64,000 bases of DNA, taken from assembly GCA_963805495.1 (NCBI GenBank), contig CAWDUQ010000002.1:1453828-1517827 (forward strand), read 5' to 3'. Below, piece after piece: positions 1 to 11,877 of the stretch; positions within the stretch are counted from its first letter, which is position 1, and the number at the start of each line of letters is the position of its first letter. Made by a program: the position numbers and the translations under genes. This DNA comes from an uncultured Acidobacteriota bacterium (GTDB lineage Bacteria > Acidobacteriota > Thermoanaerobaculia > UBA5066 > Gp7-AA6). The notes beneath the pieces were generated by a model. That model was not told the DNA's origin. It was given only the letters and a program-made list of their open reading frames with translations, and did no database searches.

Positions 1-3000
1 CGATCGGCTGGGAGCTCTCGCTCGGCGCGATCAAGACCTGCCGCCACGGGACCACGACCGCGCCGTGCTACGTCGCGCCGGACGGCAGCCAGCACCTCTT
101 CATCCGGGGCCAGGGCAACGGGAAGGTCACGGGCGACGGGACCCAGTACTTCCTGAAGGGCACCGGCCCCTACGAGATGTGGGACGGCGACGGGAACCAC
201 TTCGTGTTCGACAAGCAGGCCGCGGGATTCGACGACCCGCTGACCGGCGGGTTCACCCATGACTTCGGCCGCGGCCGTGACGGCTGGTACCTCGGCTCGC
301 TCGCCGATCCTCACGGCAACGGCTACAGCGTCACCTACTGGGCGGGGTCCCACCCTCGCTGGACCTACGGCGTCTCGACGTGCAGCGCCGTCACCGCGTC
401 CTTGATGCAGATGCGCGCGCCGTCCGGCACGGGCGGATGGGTGCCGAAGGACATCCGCCTTCCCTCGGGACAGGCGGTCCACGTCGAGCGCGGCCACAAC
501 GGCTTCCTCGACGGCATGGTCCTCTCGGCGACGTTCCCCGTGTTCGCGAACGGCACCCTGACGACGCGGACCTGGACGCTCGGCTACGACACTCCTTACG
601 ACGGATACGCGCACTCCTGCGGGACGGGGCTGGTCTCCGTGAGCCTGCAGCGTCTCAAGGAACTCAGGCTTCCCTCGGATCTGACCGGCTCCCCGAAGTA
701 TCAGTTCGCCCAGGCGGGCCTGCTGACGGACCTGACACTCCCGACGGGAGCGAAGGCCGAGTACTGCTACGGAGGCTATACGTTCTTCCACGGCCGCGCC
801 GGGGCCGTCGCGGCAAACTGCCCCGGACTGCCTCCTCCCACGCAGGCGTTGACGGCGATCTCCCCGACCGCCTTCGTCTGCGGTTCCGCCGCCGCGGGAG
901 AGGAGCCCCCGATCGACGCCACGGCGACCTGCGCCGAAGACAACGAGGCCCGGTGGATGGACTCCGAGAAGGGAGTCCTGAAGCGCACGGTGACCGAGCC
1001 CTTGCGCGGCCGCGTCTCGACCACCACTTACACGCAGTACGCGTTTCCCTTCGGCGAGTCCGGGTCGGCGTCGTCGCCGGGAGAGCCCCAGACACTCACG
1101 GTCGTCGTCCTGCCGCCGACCGACCAGAACGCGGCCGGCTCCCCCGGCCGCTCGCGCGCACAGGCCACGCTTTTCCTCGCGAGCCCGAGGATCGCCCAGG
1201 CGCCCGTGGGAACCGCGCGGCCGAGCGTGCCCGGCGACCGCGTCGGGGCCGACATCGAGCAGCGGTACTTCGAGACCGACCCGAATGTCACGACGCCGGC
1301 CTCACCCGCCTGTCCCGGCACTTCCGCCGACGCGAAGTTCTGCTCGAGCCGGGCGCTCCGCACGGTCCGGCGGACCTTCGAGTACGACGACGCCGTCAAC
1401 CTGGAGGGCAACCGCCGCCTCCGGAGCGAGCGCGCGATCCACGGTCCGGGCAACTGCGCGAGCTGCCCCTATCACCTCGTCGCGTATTCCAACACCGCCG
1501 GCTCCTGGGAGGGAAATGGACGGCACTATGAGAACGAGGTCCACTCCGGCTCGCTCGGCAACGACGGGCGGACGACCTTCACCGACTGGGCGCCGGCCAA
1601 CTGGTCGACCGGTCCGGGAGCGAGCGGAGTCGTGCTGCCCAACCTCTTCATCGAGCGCCGCAGCGCCGAGGGGTCCTCGGTCCGCGACGAGTTCTTCGAC
1701 TTCGACACGGCGAGCGGGTTCCTCCGAGGGTCCTTCGTCTACGACGCGGTCCGGGACCTCGCCTTTCTTCGTTGCCGCTACGACGACGGCGCGGGCAACG
1801 TCGACAAGGAATTTTCCCGATCGTTTGCGGCGTCGAGCCCGCCGTCGCCAGCGTACTGCTCCAGCCATCATCCCGTCTTCCCTTCGTCCGTCGGCACGGA
1901 CGGCGACAGCTTCGGCAAGGACGACACGTGGCAGAACGGGGAGCTCGTCTCCTCCCGCTGGATCAACGGCTCGGTCGCAACGCCGACGTTTCCGACGCGC
2001 GGCTATGTCCGGGACGCGACCACGGGCTGGGTGACTTCCTCGAGCGACACCTCCGGCCTGACGACCCGCTACGCCTACGACGCGCTCGGCCGCGTCACCC
2101 AGGTCACGCCTCCGGCGGCCGGCGAGCTGAAGACCTGGGTCTGTTACGAAGGGCCGAACGCGACGACCGCGTACCGCGCCGCCTCGGCGCAAGCCTGCCC
2201 TGTCTCGCCCTCCAACGGGAACGCGAAAGCCTGGGAGCACTTCGACTACGACGGCCTCGGGCGGCTCGCGCGCGAGAAGGCCTTGCGCCCGGGCGCCGGA
2301 GTCTCCAAGCGATTCCATCTCTTCGACGCCGCCGGCAATGCCTACTTCCGGTCCGAGTGGGTCGCCGACGCCGCCGGCGAATCGATCACCGCCGATCTCG
2401 CAACGGCCTGCGTCTTTTCCGACGGCAACTTCGCCACGTCCCGCCCGGCTTCGGCTCCGGGAACCTACAGCCTGTGCTTCGATCCCTTCGGACGTACCCA
2501 GCAGATCGTGGGCTCGAAGCACTCGAGCCTCGCGACCGTCGACCGAAAGGACGGGTCCGCCTGGTACAGCGACACGGCCGACGCCGCGCGGACATACTGC
2601 ATCAACGCAACGTTTTCCAGCCTGCAGTCGGCGGCTTGCTCCGCAGGCGGCCTGAGCGCAACGACGCAAACCCGCAGGGACGCCTTCGGACGCACGACCA
2701 GCGTGACCGAGCCGACCGGTGACGTCACGACCTATTCCTACGACGTCAATTCGAGGCTCACCCGCGTCACCCAGGGCGCCCAATCCCGAAGTTTCAACTT
2801 CGACGCCGTGGGGATGCTGCGCGACGAGACGACGCCGGAGGGCGGGCAGGTCACTCACGACGCGATCGGCACCCTCGGTAACGTCCTTCGCGAAACGCGT
2901 CCGGGCAACCTCGTCCTGACGCGTCAGTTCGATTTCGCCGGCCGTGTCACCCGCGAGGATGCCGGAGGGTCGAAATACACCGTCCACTGCTACGACGGCG

Positions 3001-5426
3001 TCGGACCCTGTGCCGACGGTTCGCCTAACTTTTCGGGCGGATCGAGCCCCGCGGGCAAGCTGACCCGGCGCTACGGCTACAACTTCCTGCCCACGACGGG
3101 CCCCGTCGTCGACGAGACGTTCGAATACAGCGGCGCCGGCGGCCGGCTTTCGAGGCTGACGACCGCCGCGGGCAACGGAGGTCTCGCCGCGTCCGCCTCG
3201 CAGACCTGGTCCTACGACGCGCTCGGCCTGCCGTCTTCGCATTCGCACCCGAGGACCGCCGGCGCCGCAGCCTTCCCGGTGACATTCGGCTACGACCACG
3301 GCCTCCCGACCTCGATCGTCGCGAACGGACTGGGGGTCGTGCCCGCGGCCGCCTACGGACCGTCCGCCGCCCTGTCGTCGTGGACCGCCGGCAACTCCGG
3401 CGCGCCCGTCGCAACGGCGATTTCGCCCGACGCGAGCCTGTTGCCGAGGCCGGCCAGTATCTCGAACGCCCTGTGGAGCTCCGGGACCTACGCGTACGAC
3501 GGCGCCGGCGACATTCTCAAGGCGGGATCGGGCGACACCTTCACGTACGACTCCCGCGCCCGGCTGACCTCGGCGAAATTCGGATCGACGACCCGCGGGT
3601 TCGCTTACGACCGCTGGGGCAACCTCACCCAGAACGGTGGGACCGTCTTCACCCTCGACTCGCACACCAATCGCATCACCTCGGGCGGGGCGCTGTACGA
3701 CGCCCGGGGCAACATGATCGGCGGCAACGGTGAATCGATGTCCTGGGATCTCCTCGACCGCCAGTACCGCAATACCGGCCCGAGCGCCGACTGGGTCTAC
3801 CTTTTCGCCGGCTCCGGCGAGCGCGTCGGCAAGTTCCCCGCGAAAGCCGGGGTGCTCCGCCGCGAGATGGCCCGCTACGTCGCCGAGGCCAACGTGCTCG
3901 CGAAGGGCTGGGCGCTGCCGGCCTGCTCCGGGTCCTTCGCCGACGTGTCCTGTTCGGATCCCGACGCGCGATACATCGAGCTCGTTTACGGCCGTGGAAT
4001 CACCGCCGGCTGCAACGTCGGCCCGCCCCAGTACTGTCCCGACGCCTCGCTCACCCGCGCCCAGATGTCCGTTTTTCTCGTCAAGGGCTACAAGCCCGAC
4101 GGCTTCGCTCCGCCGCCGTGCGCCGGGACGTTTCAGGACGTGTCCTGCTCCGGCCCCTATGCCGGGTTCGCGCCGTGGATCGAGCAGCTCTACCGCGACG
4201 GCGTCACGGCCGGCTGCGGCACCGGCCCGCTCCGATTCTGCCCCGGCAACTCCGTCGGCGAATGGGAGATGCTCGTCTGGCTCGCCAGGGCCCCGGGCGC
4301 GACTCCGGGCTCGTTCCTCTGGAGCGCCTACCACCCCGTCCCGCGCGGCACGATCTATACTTTTCGCGACGATTCCAATCGTGTCGTGACCGAGATGGCG
4401 GGAGGCTCGACCGGGACTTCGACGGCCACCCTGTCGGTGACCCGGGACAACGTCTTCCTCGGCAACCTCCTCGTCGCCTCCTACATTGCCTCGCCCGCCG
4501 GCTGGCAGTACACGACCTCGGACCATCTCGGCAGCCCCAGGATCGTGTTCAACCAGGCGCGCCAGGTGGTCGAGACCCACAAGTACTGGCCCTACGGCGA
4601 AGACACTACGACGGCACCGCCGTCCCAGCGCCTCGCCTATTGTTTGATGGAGCGCGACGCCGAGTCCACGCGCTTCTACGACCATGCCCGGACGCATGAT
4701 CACAACCTGGGCCGATTCCTCTCCCCGGACCGCGTGGGAGGGACGGCGCAGGATCCGCAATCGTGGAACCGCTACGCGTACACCCTCAACAACCCGATGA
4801 AGCACGTGGACCCGGACGGTCGGCTGACGATCCTCGTCCACGGGACTTGGGCGGCGAGCAACCCGACGTTCCAGCCGGGCGGAGCCTTCTTTGGAAGCGT
4901 CAAGGGAATGCTGCCTGACCGAGCGTATGTGTCACTCAAGTGGTCGGGTGGGAATACAAGAGCGGACCGTCACGCGGGCGCCGAAGCTCTTGCGCGTTAC
5001 ATCCGCAACTATCAGTTTGCACCTGGCGAAGGCCTTTACCAGGTCGGACACAGCCATGGCGGCAACGTGATCATCGAAGCGATCAACATGGGCCTCGGGC
5101 GGAAGACGGACGCCCTCGTGTTGCTGGGAACACCGTCTCGACCTGGATACAGACTGGAATCCGCCAATTCGGTGGGAACGTTCGCCACATTCGCGAAAGC
5201 GAACGATCTCGTCCAGATCCTCGGCGGCTTGATGAACGTGATACCCCTTCTCGGAGAGATCGGTCTCGCGGGCAGAGAGCAGCCGGGTGCCATCAACTTT
5301 CAGTTCAGCGGAGGATCCATCTTCGGGGCTCACAGCGAGTTATACGAAGACCCACTCGTACTGGAGTGGATCGGGCGCGTACTCAAAGGCTCTACCGAGC
5401 TCGACAGGCCTCGGGCCACTGACTAA
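1..5426 (+). CDS. RHS/YD-repeat polymorphic toxin; 5'-partial (the ORF is open from the window start in the frame of 177..5426). It has an RHS core and a C-terminal alpha/beta-hydrolase (lipase/esterase-like) toxin domain.
   Basis: Many YD repeats (RYAYDALGR, TYSYDVNSRLTRVTQ, YDSRARLTSA). RHS core motif YDHARTHDHNLGRFLSPDRVGG...NPMKHVDPDGR. After DPDGR there is a ~200 aa domain with LVHG...GHSHGG (GxSxG) and a distal AHSELY His. In-frame translation upstream of 177 has no stop codon. Confidence 0.85.
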   Translation, partial: IGWELSLGAIKTCRHGTTTAPCYVAPDGSQHLFIRGQGNGKVTGDGTQYFLKGTGPYEMWDGDGNHFVFDKQAAGFDDPLTGGFTHDFGRGRDGWYLGSLADPHGNGYSVTYWAGSHPRWTYGVSTCSAVTASLMQMRAPSGTGGWVPKDIRLPSGQAVHVERGHNGFLDGMVLSATFPVFANGTLTTRTWTLGYDTPYDGYAHSCGTGLVSVSLQRLKELRLPSDLTGSPKYQFAQAGLLTDLTLPTGAKAEYCYGGYTFFHGRAGAVAANCPGLPPPTQALTAISPTAFVCGSAAAGEEPPIDATATCAEDNEARWMDSEKGVLKRTVTEPLRGRVSTTTYTQYAFPFGESGSASSPGEPQTLTVVVLPPTDQNAAGSPGRSRAQATLFLASPRIAQAPVGTARPSVPGDRVGADIEQRYFETDPNVTTPASPACPGTSADAKFCSSRALRTVRRTFEYDDAVNLEGNRRLRSERAIHGPGNCASCPYHLVAYSNTAGSWEGNGRHYENEVHSGSLGNDGRTTFTDWAPANWSTGPGASGVVLPNLFIERRSAEGSSVRDEFFDFDTASGFLRGSFVYDAVRDLAFLRCRYDDGAGNVDKEFSRSFAASSPPSPAYCSSHHPVFPSSVGTDGDSFGKDDTWQNGELVSSRWINGSVATPTFPTRGYVRDATTGWVTSSSDTSGLTTRYAYDALGRVTQVTPPAAGELKTWVCYEGPNATTAYRAASAQACPVSPSNGNAKAWEHFDYDGLGRLAREKALRPGAGVSKRFHLFDAAGNAYFRSEWVADAAGESITADLATACVFSDGNFATSRPASAPGTYSLCFDPFGRTQQIVGSKHSSLATVDRKDGSAWYSDTADAARTYCINATFSSLQSAACSAGGLSATTQTRRDAFGRTTSVTEPTGDVTTYSYDVNSRLTRVTQGAQSRSFNFDAVGMLRDETTPEGGQVTHDAIGTLGNVLRETRPGNLVLTRQFDFAGRVTREDAGGSKYTVHCYDGVGPCADGSPNFSGGSSPAGKLTRRYGYNFLPTTGPVVDETFEYSGAGGRLSRLTTAAGNGGLAASASQTWSYDALGLPSSHSHPRTAGAAAFPVTFGYDHGLPTSIVANGLGVVPAAAYGPSAALSSWTAGNSGAPVATAISPDASLLPRPASISNALWSSGTYAYDGAGDILKAGSGDTFTYDSRARLTSAKFGSTTRGFAYDRWGNLTQNGGTVFTLDSHTNRITSGGALYDARGNMIGGNGESMSWDLLDRQYRNTGPSADWVYLFAGSGERVGKFPAKAGVLRREMARYVAEANVLAKGWALPACSGSFADVSCSDPDARYIELVYGRGITAGCNVGPPQYCPDASLTRAQMSVFLVKGYKPDGFAPPPCAGTFQDVSCSGPYAGFAPWIEQLYRDGVTAGCGTGPLRFCPGNSVGEWEMLVWLARAPGATPGSFLWSAYHPVPRGTIYTFRDDSNRVVTEMAGGSTGTSTATLSVTRDNVFLGNLLVASYIASPAGWQYTTSDHLGSPRIVFNQARQVVETHKYWPYGEDTTTAPPSQRLAYCLMERDAESTRFYDHARTHDHNLGRFLSPDRVGGTAQDPQSWNRYAYTLNNPMKHVDPDGRLTILVHGTWAASNPTFQPGGAFFGSVKGMLPDRAYVSLKWSGGNTRADRHAGAEALARYIRNYQFAPGEGLYQVGHSHGGNVIIEAINMGLGRKTDALVLLGTPSRPGYRLESANSVGTFATFAKANDLVQILGGLMNVIPLLGEIGLAGREQPGAINFQFSGGSIFGAHSELYEDPLVLEWIGRVLKGSTELDRPRATD
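3930..4295 (+). other. Two tandem SLH-like (S-layer-homology-like) repeats embedded in the RHS protein, each with conserved Cys residues.
   Basis: FADVSCSDPDARYIELVYGRGITAGCNVGPPQYCPDASLTRAQMSVFLVKGY and FQDVSCSGPYAGFAPWIEQLYRDGVTAGCGTGPLRFCPGNSVGEWEMLVWLARA match the FxDV...GIxxG...TRAEma.fL SLH pattern. Confidence 0.45.
4824..5426 (+). other. C-terminal toxin domain of the RHS protein (alpha/beta hydrolase, lipase-like). This variable tip has lower GC.
   Basis: Starts right after the DPDGR autoproteolysis-type motif. GHSHGG nucleophile elbow. GC drops to about 55% from ~4900 to ~6300. Confidence 0.6.
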
Positions 5427-5431
5427 TCGAT

Positions 5432-5758
5432 ATGGACACTCCAGCAACAACCAACGATCGAGAGCTCGGCATCTGTTACTCCTTGATCGCGCTCCAGGCT
5501 CTCCTTTACATCGTCGCCCTTCGGATCTATCTGGGTACTACAGGTACCTGGTCCGACGTCGGGAGTAACTTCATCGCGTTCTGGATTCTGGCAATCGTCC
5601 CTGGTTCGCTCGCGCTCGCCTGGTTGCTGAAGCTTGCCTATCGGAGCTGGCGACGGGCTGCTCGGCCGAAGATCGCTTTCTTTGCCGGCGCGCTGCTGCT
5701 GGACGCGATCATTCTTCTCTTGTCGTTCAATTTCTATGCGAGCTACCTTCACCGCTAG
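5432..5758 (+). CDS. Small 3-TM membrane protein; putative cognate immunity protein of the RHS toxin.
   Basis: Starts 6 nt after the toxin stop. Three hydrophobic helices. Same low-GC compositional island. Confidence 0.6.
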   Translation: MDTPATTNDRELGICYSLIALQALLYIVALRIYLGTTGTWSDVGSNFIAFWILAIVPGSLALAWLLKLAYRSWRRAARPKIAFFAGALLLDAIILLLSFNFYASYLHR

Positions 5759-6325
5759 CTCTCATGTCGCTGGTGCTCGCCACCGTCACCGGTACTGGAG
5801 GGACGCTTGCAATGCTCAATTGGATTGTGTCGCTCGCCCTGGGCCTTGGACCCGGAAACATTGCGCCACCGTCGCTCACAGAGTCGCTCCGCATCCTTGG
5901 CCTGACGTCCGCCCTGGTTCTGAAGTCGCAGGCCGTTGACGAGCATCCTGTCTGGTCGCCCGACGGCAAGCACCTCGCAGTCAATGTCGATGAGACATGG
6001 TCGCAGATCGACCTCGGAGACCTGTCGCTGAAAGAGGGTACCTGGCACAACGGAGAGGGGATCGGCGTGGTCGATCCCCCGCCTCACCTCGTCCCCGTCG
6101 CCGAGTCCCAAGTACGCAGGTGGGAGAAGTCCACGACCTACGCGTCGCGACGCGTCGCAACCAAGACCGGAACCGTCGTCGAGCTCCAACAGGAGGGCCT
6201 CGGCACGCTCTTCCGGATCACCCGCAAGGATCAAAAGCCCGTCGTGCTTTGGAGAACGTCCCTCGAGAACTGCCACAGTCTCGCGCTTGCGCCCGACGAG
6301 TCACTCGTCGCATTCGTGTGCGAGC

Positions 6326-7585
<1,260 letters not shown>

Positions 7586-9156
7586 CCGAAAGGACTACGA
7601 AGTCCGCGAGCTTTCCGATCTCGAGGGACCCCTTTTCTTTTTCCTCGAATGCGGCGTAGGCGGCCGAGACGGTGTAGGCCCGGAGGGCCTCCTCGGCGCC
7701 GATCTTCTGCTCCGGCACCCACCCGCCGGGCTGCTTGCCGTCGATCGTCGCGCGGGTGACGGCCGCGGCGATCCCGAGGATCGGCGAGAGCGGCGCCACG
7801 TCCCAGTCGGAGCCGAAGGCGACTTTCGCCTTCGCGTCGAGAAGCCACCGGAACGCGTAGGTCCCGAGGCTGCGCTCTCCCCCGCCCAGCCGCCGGTCCG
7901 CCCAGCGCCCGTCGTCGACCGCGTGGTACGGCTGCATGGAGGCGATGACGCCCTGCTCGGCGAACCGCGGGATCTCCGCCCGGCGCATGTGCTGCGCATG
8001 CTCGATGCGGAACCGCCGGTCGCGCGGCCCGTTCTTTTTCGCGACCCGGGCGTAGATGTCGAAGAGCTCGGCGATCGCCCTGTCGCCGATGGCGTGGACC
8101 TCGACCTGGAGCCCGGCGGCGTCGGCCCCGGTGATCCGGTCCTCGATTTTCGAGAGCGGAATCGCCTCGGCGGCGTAGACGCCGGTGTTGCCGGGATCGT
8201 CGGTGAAGGGCTCGAACATCACGGCCGTCCCCGCGCCCAGGGCCCCGTCCATGTAGCCCTTGACGCCGCCGACCTTGAGCCAGGCGTCCTGCTTCATCGT
8301 CGTCTGCGCCTTCTTCGCGGCCGGCCAGTCGGCGATCGAGGGCCGGTAGTTCACGCGAAGGGTCTTGAGTTCTCCCGCCCTGCGGATCGCGTCCCAGGCC
8401 TCGAGGTCGAGCGCCCAGCCCGGCAGGTCCTGGACCGAGGTGACGCCGTTCTGCGCGGCGTGCTTGATCGCGGCGCGCAGGCCCTCGACGATCTCCGTCT
8501 TCGTGCGGGGCGGGCGGACCTTCCAGACGAGGTCCATGGCCGCGTCCTTGAGAACACCGGTCGGCTCGCCCGACGCGTCCTTCACGATCACGCCGCCGGG
8601 CGGGTTCGGAGTCGCCTTCGTGATGCCGGCGAGCTTGAGCGCGAGGCTGTTGCAGACCATCATGTGGCCGTCCTGGCGCCCGAGGCAGGTCGGCCGGTCG
8701 CCCGTCGCAGGATCGAGCAGCGCCTTCGTCGGAAGCTGCGGCGGCGTCCACTGCTCGTGGTCCCAGGCGCCGTCGGTCAGCCACCGGCCGGCCGGCTTCG
8801 TCTTCGCGAACGCCGCGACCTGGCGCGTGAAGTCGGCCGGGTCCTTCGTCTTTCGCAGGTCGAGCGCCAGAAGGTTCAAGCCTCCCATCGACATGTGCGT
8901 GTGGCAATCGATCATTCCGGGAACGACCCGTCGGCCTTTGCCGTCGACGACGACCGTGCGCGGGCCCTTCAGCTTCCGGACGTCGGCGTTCGTGCCCACG
9001 GCGACGATGCGCCCGTCCCGGGCGGCCAGGGCCTCCGCCTCCGGACGCGCGGGATCTCCCGTCCAGACTTTCGCGGAGACGAGGATCAGGTCGGGCGGCG
9101 CCGCCGCCCGGAGCGAGACGCCATGACGGCCGACGCCGCGGCGAAGAGAAGGATGC

Positions 9157-11877
9157 TCATGCCGTCGACGCCACGCCGACGCTCTGCTCGGCGAGCGAGG
9201 CCCGCGCCGCCGCCAGGCGTGCGATCGGGACGCGGAACGGCGAGCAGGAGACGTAGTCGAGCCCGACGTGATTGAAGAACTCGATCGAGCGCGGATCGCC
9301 CCCGTGCTCGCCGCAGATGCCGACCTTGAGCTTCGGCTTGACCTCGCGGCCGCGGCGCGTGCCGATCGCGACGAGCTCGCCGACGCCGTACTGGTCGAGG
9401 CTCGCGAACGGGTCCTCGGGGAGGATGCCCTCGGCAATGTAGACCGGGAGAAAAGTTCCCATGTCGTCGCGCGAGTACCCGTAGGTCATCTGCGTGAGGT
9501 CGTTGGTGCCGAAGGAGAAGAAGTCGCAGTTCAAGGCGATGCGGTTGGCGCGGAGCGCCGCCCGCGGCACCTCGATCATCGTCCCGATCTTGTACGGAAT
9601 GTCCATCCCCTTCTCCGCGATGACGCGTTTGGCCGCCGCTTCGACGACGACGCGCAGGCGCTCGAACTCGCCCCGCGCGCCCACGAGCGGGATCATGACT
9701 TCCGGCTGGGCCTTCCCGCCCTCCCCGATCACCTGGGCCGCGGCCTCGAAGATCGCGCGGACCTGCATCTCGTAGATCTCGGGGTTCGTGATGCCGAGCC
9801 GGCACCCGCGGTGGCCCAGCATCGGGTTGGCCTCCTTCAGGGCGTGCGTCCGGTCCCGAACCTTCTCGGCCGGGACCTTCAGTTCCGCGGCGGTGCGCTG
9901 GATCGTGTCCTCGTCGTGGGGCAGGAACTCGTGGAGGGGCGGATCGAGGAGCCGGATCGTCACCGGGCGTCCGCCCATCTCGCGGAAGATGCCCGCGAAG
10001 TCCTCGCGCTGCATCGGCAGGATCTTCTCGAGCGGCACCCGGCGCTCCTCGGCCGTCTCGGCGAGGATCATCTCGCGCACCGCGACGATGCGCTTCTCCT
10101 CGAAAAACATGTGCTCGGTACGGCAGAGGCCGATCCCCTCGGCTCCGAAGAGCCGCGCGACCCGGGCGTCCTTCGGCGTGTCGGCGTTGGCGCGCACGCC
10201 GAGGCGCCGGCGCTCGTCGGCCCACTTGAGGATCCGCGTGAACGCGCGGGTCACAGCCGAGTCCTCGGGCTTCATCGTGCCCTCGATCAGGACCTGGAGG
10301 ACCTCGGAAGGCTGCGTCGGAAGCTGGCCCAGGATGATCTCGCCGGCCGTTCCGTCGATCGAGATCCAGTCGCCTTCTTTGACCTTCAGGCGCGCCGAGC
10401 GGACTTCCCCGTGCGAATTGTCGACCGTGATGTCGCCGGCGCCGACGATGCACGTCTTGCCCATGCCGCGCGCGACGACCGCCGCGTGCGACGTCATGCC
10501 TCCGCGGGTCGTCAGGACCCCGACCGCGGCGTTCATCCCGGCGATGTCCTCGGGGGACGTTTCTTCGCGCACGAGGATGACGGTTTCGCCCTTCGCGGCC
10601 ATCGCCACGGCCGTCGGCGCCGTGAGCGCGACCCGGCCGCAGGCCGCGCCGGGGCCCGCGGGCAGGCCGTGGCCGAGCAGCCGGCCCTCCTTGACCGCGG
10701 CGGCCTTCTCCTTCGTCGGAAAAATGGGGGCGAGCAGCTGCACGAGTTGTTCCGGCTCGACCCGCGCGACGGCCTCGTCCGCGTTGATGAGTCCCTCGTC
10801 GACCATGTCGGTCGCGACGCGGACCGCGGCGAAGCCGGTCCGCTTGCCGTTGCGGGTCTGGAGGAGGAAGAGCCGGCCTTCCTCGATCGTGAACTCGAGG
10901 TCCTGCATGTCGCGAAAGCGCTTCTCGAGAAGCTCGCGCACGCGCTGAAGCTCATCGTAGGCCTTCGGCATGGTCTCCTGCAGCGACAGGCCGGAGCCGT
11001 TGGCGTTCAACGGCCGCGGCGTCCGGATGCCGGCCACGACGTCCTCGCCCTGGGCGTTCGGCAGGAACTCGCCGTAGAAAATCTTCTCGCCCGAGGCCGG
11101 GTCGCGCGTGAAGGCCACGCCGGTCGCCGACGTATCGCCCCGGTTGCCGAAGACCATGGCCTGGACGTTGACCGCCGTCCCCCAGTCGTCGGGGATGTGG
11201 TGGAGCTTGCGGTAGGTCTTGGCGCGCTCGTTGTCCCAGGACCGGAACACGGCCCCGATGGCGCCCCAGAGCTGCTCGCGCGGATCGTCGGGAAAATCGT
11301 GTCCCGTTCGCTGGCGGACGATCTGCTCGCCGCGCCGCACGATCTCGGCGAGATCGTCCGCCGAGAGGTCCGTGTCGGAGACGAGCCCCTTCGCCGCCTT
11401 GATCTCCTTCATGCCCTTCTCGAACTCGTGCCGCGGCACCCGGAGCACGACGTCGCCGTACATCTCGAGGAACCGCCGACGGCAGTCGAACGCGAAGCGG
11501 TCCCCCGAGCGCCGGGCGAGGCCCGCCACCGTGCGCGAGGTCAGGCCGAGGTTCAGGATCGTGTCCATCATGCCGGGCATCGACGAGCGGGCGCCCGAGC
11601 GCACCGAGACGAGCAGCGGGTTCTCCGGGTCGCCGAACCGCCGGTCCGTATCGTGCTCGAGCCTGACGAGCGCCGACTCGACCTCGCCCCGGATCGCGTC
11701 GAGCGAGGCCCCGCGCGAAAAATCCGCGCAGACCGACGTCTCGATCGTGAACCCGGGCGGGACCGGAATACCGAGGGCCGTCATTTCCGCCAGGCCCGCT
11801 CCCTTGCCCCCGAGGGTCTCCTTGCCGAGACCGGCCCCCTCGGCCACACCGTTGCCGAATGAGAAAACGCGTTTCAT
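9157..11877 (-). CDS. ppdK: Pyruvate, phosphate dikinase.
   Basis: MKRVFSFGNGVAEGAGLGKETLGGKGAGLAEM N-terminus, GGMTSHAAVVARGMG phospho-His motif and C-terminal GICGEHGGDP. 906 aa. The upstream part of the 1343-aa ORF is R/G/P-rich non-coding translation. Confidence 0.93.
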   Translation of the reverse strand: MKRVFSFGNGVAEGAGLGKETLGGKGAGLAEMTALGIPVPPGFTIETSVCADFSRGASLDAIRGEVESALVRLEHDTDRRFGDPENPLLVSVRSGARSSMPGMMDTILNLGLTSRTVAGLARRSGDRFAFDCRRRFLEMYGDVVLRVPRHEFEKGMKEIKAAKGLVSDTDLSADDLAEIVRRGEQIVRQRTGHDFPDDPREQLWGAIGAVFRSWDNERAKTYRKLHHIPDDWGTAVNVQAMVFGNRGDTSATGVAFTRDPASGEKIFYGEFLPNAQGEDVVAGIRTPRPLNANGSGLSLQETMPKAYDELQRVRELLEKRFRDMQDLEFTIEEGRLFLLQTRNGKRTGFAAVRVATDMVDEGLINADEAVARVEPEQLVQLLAPIFPTKEKAAAVKEGRLLGHGLPAGPGAACGRVALTAPTAVAMAAKGETVILVREETSPEDIAGMNAAVGVLTTRGGMTSHAAVVARGMGKTCIVGAGDITVDNSHGEVRSARLKVKEGDWISIDGTAGEIILGQLPTQPSEVLQVLIEGTMKPEDSAVTRAFTRILKWADERRRLGVRANADTPKDARVARLFGAEGIGLCRTEHMFFEEKRIVAVREMILAETAEERRVPLEKILPMQREDFAGIFREMGGRPVTIRLLDPPLHEFLPHDEDTIQRTAAELKVPAEKVRDRTHALKEANPMLGHRGCRLGITNPEIYEMQVRAIFEAAAQVIGEGGKAQPEVMIPLVGARGEFERLRVVVEAAAKRVIAEKGMDIPYKIGTMIEVPRAALRANRIALNCDFFSFGTNDLTQMTYGYSRDDMGTFLPVYIAEGILPEDPFASLDQYGVGELVAIGTRRGREVKPKLKVGICGEHGGDPRSIEFFNHVGLDYVSCSPFRVPIARLAAARASLAEQSVGVASTA

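Noticed and set aside
1302-4841. 1179-aa ORF antisense to the RHS gene, plus many other long overlapping ORFs (380..1531, 1285..2034, 1772..2722, 3730..4389, 4118..4699).
   Set aside because: Arg/Ala/Gly/Pro-rich translations with no motifs, lying inside a well-supported YD-repeat gene. These are typical spurious ORFs of high-GC DNA.
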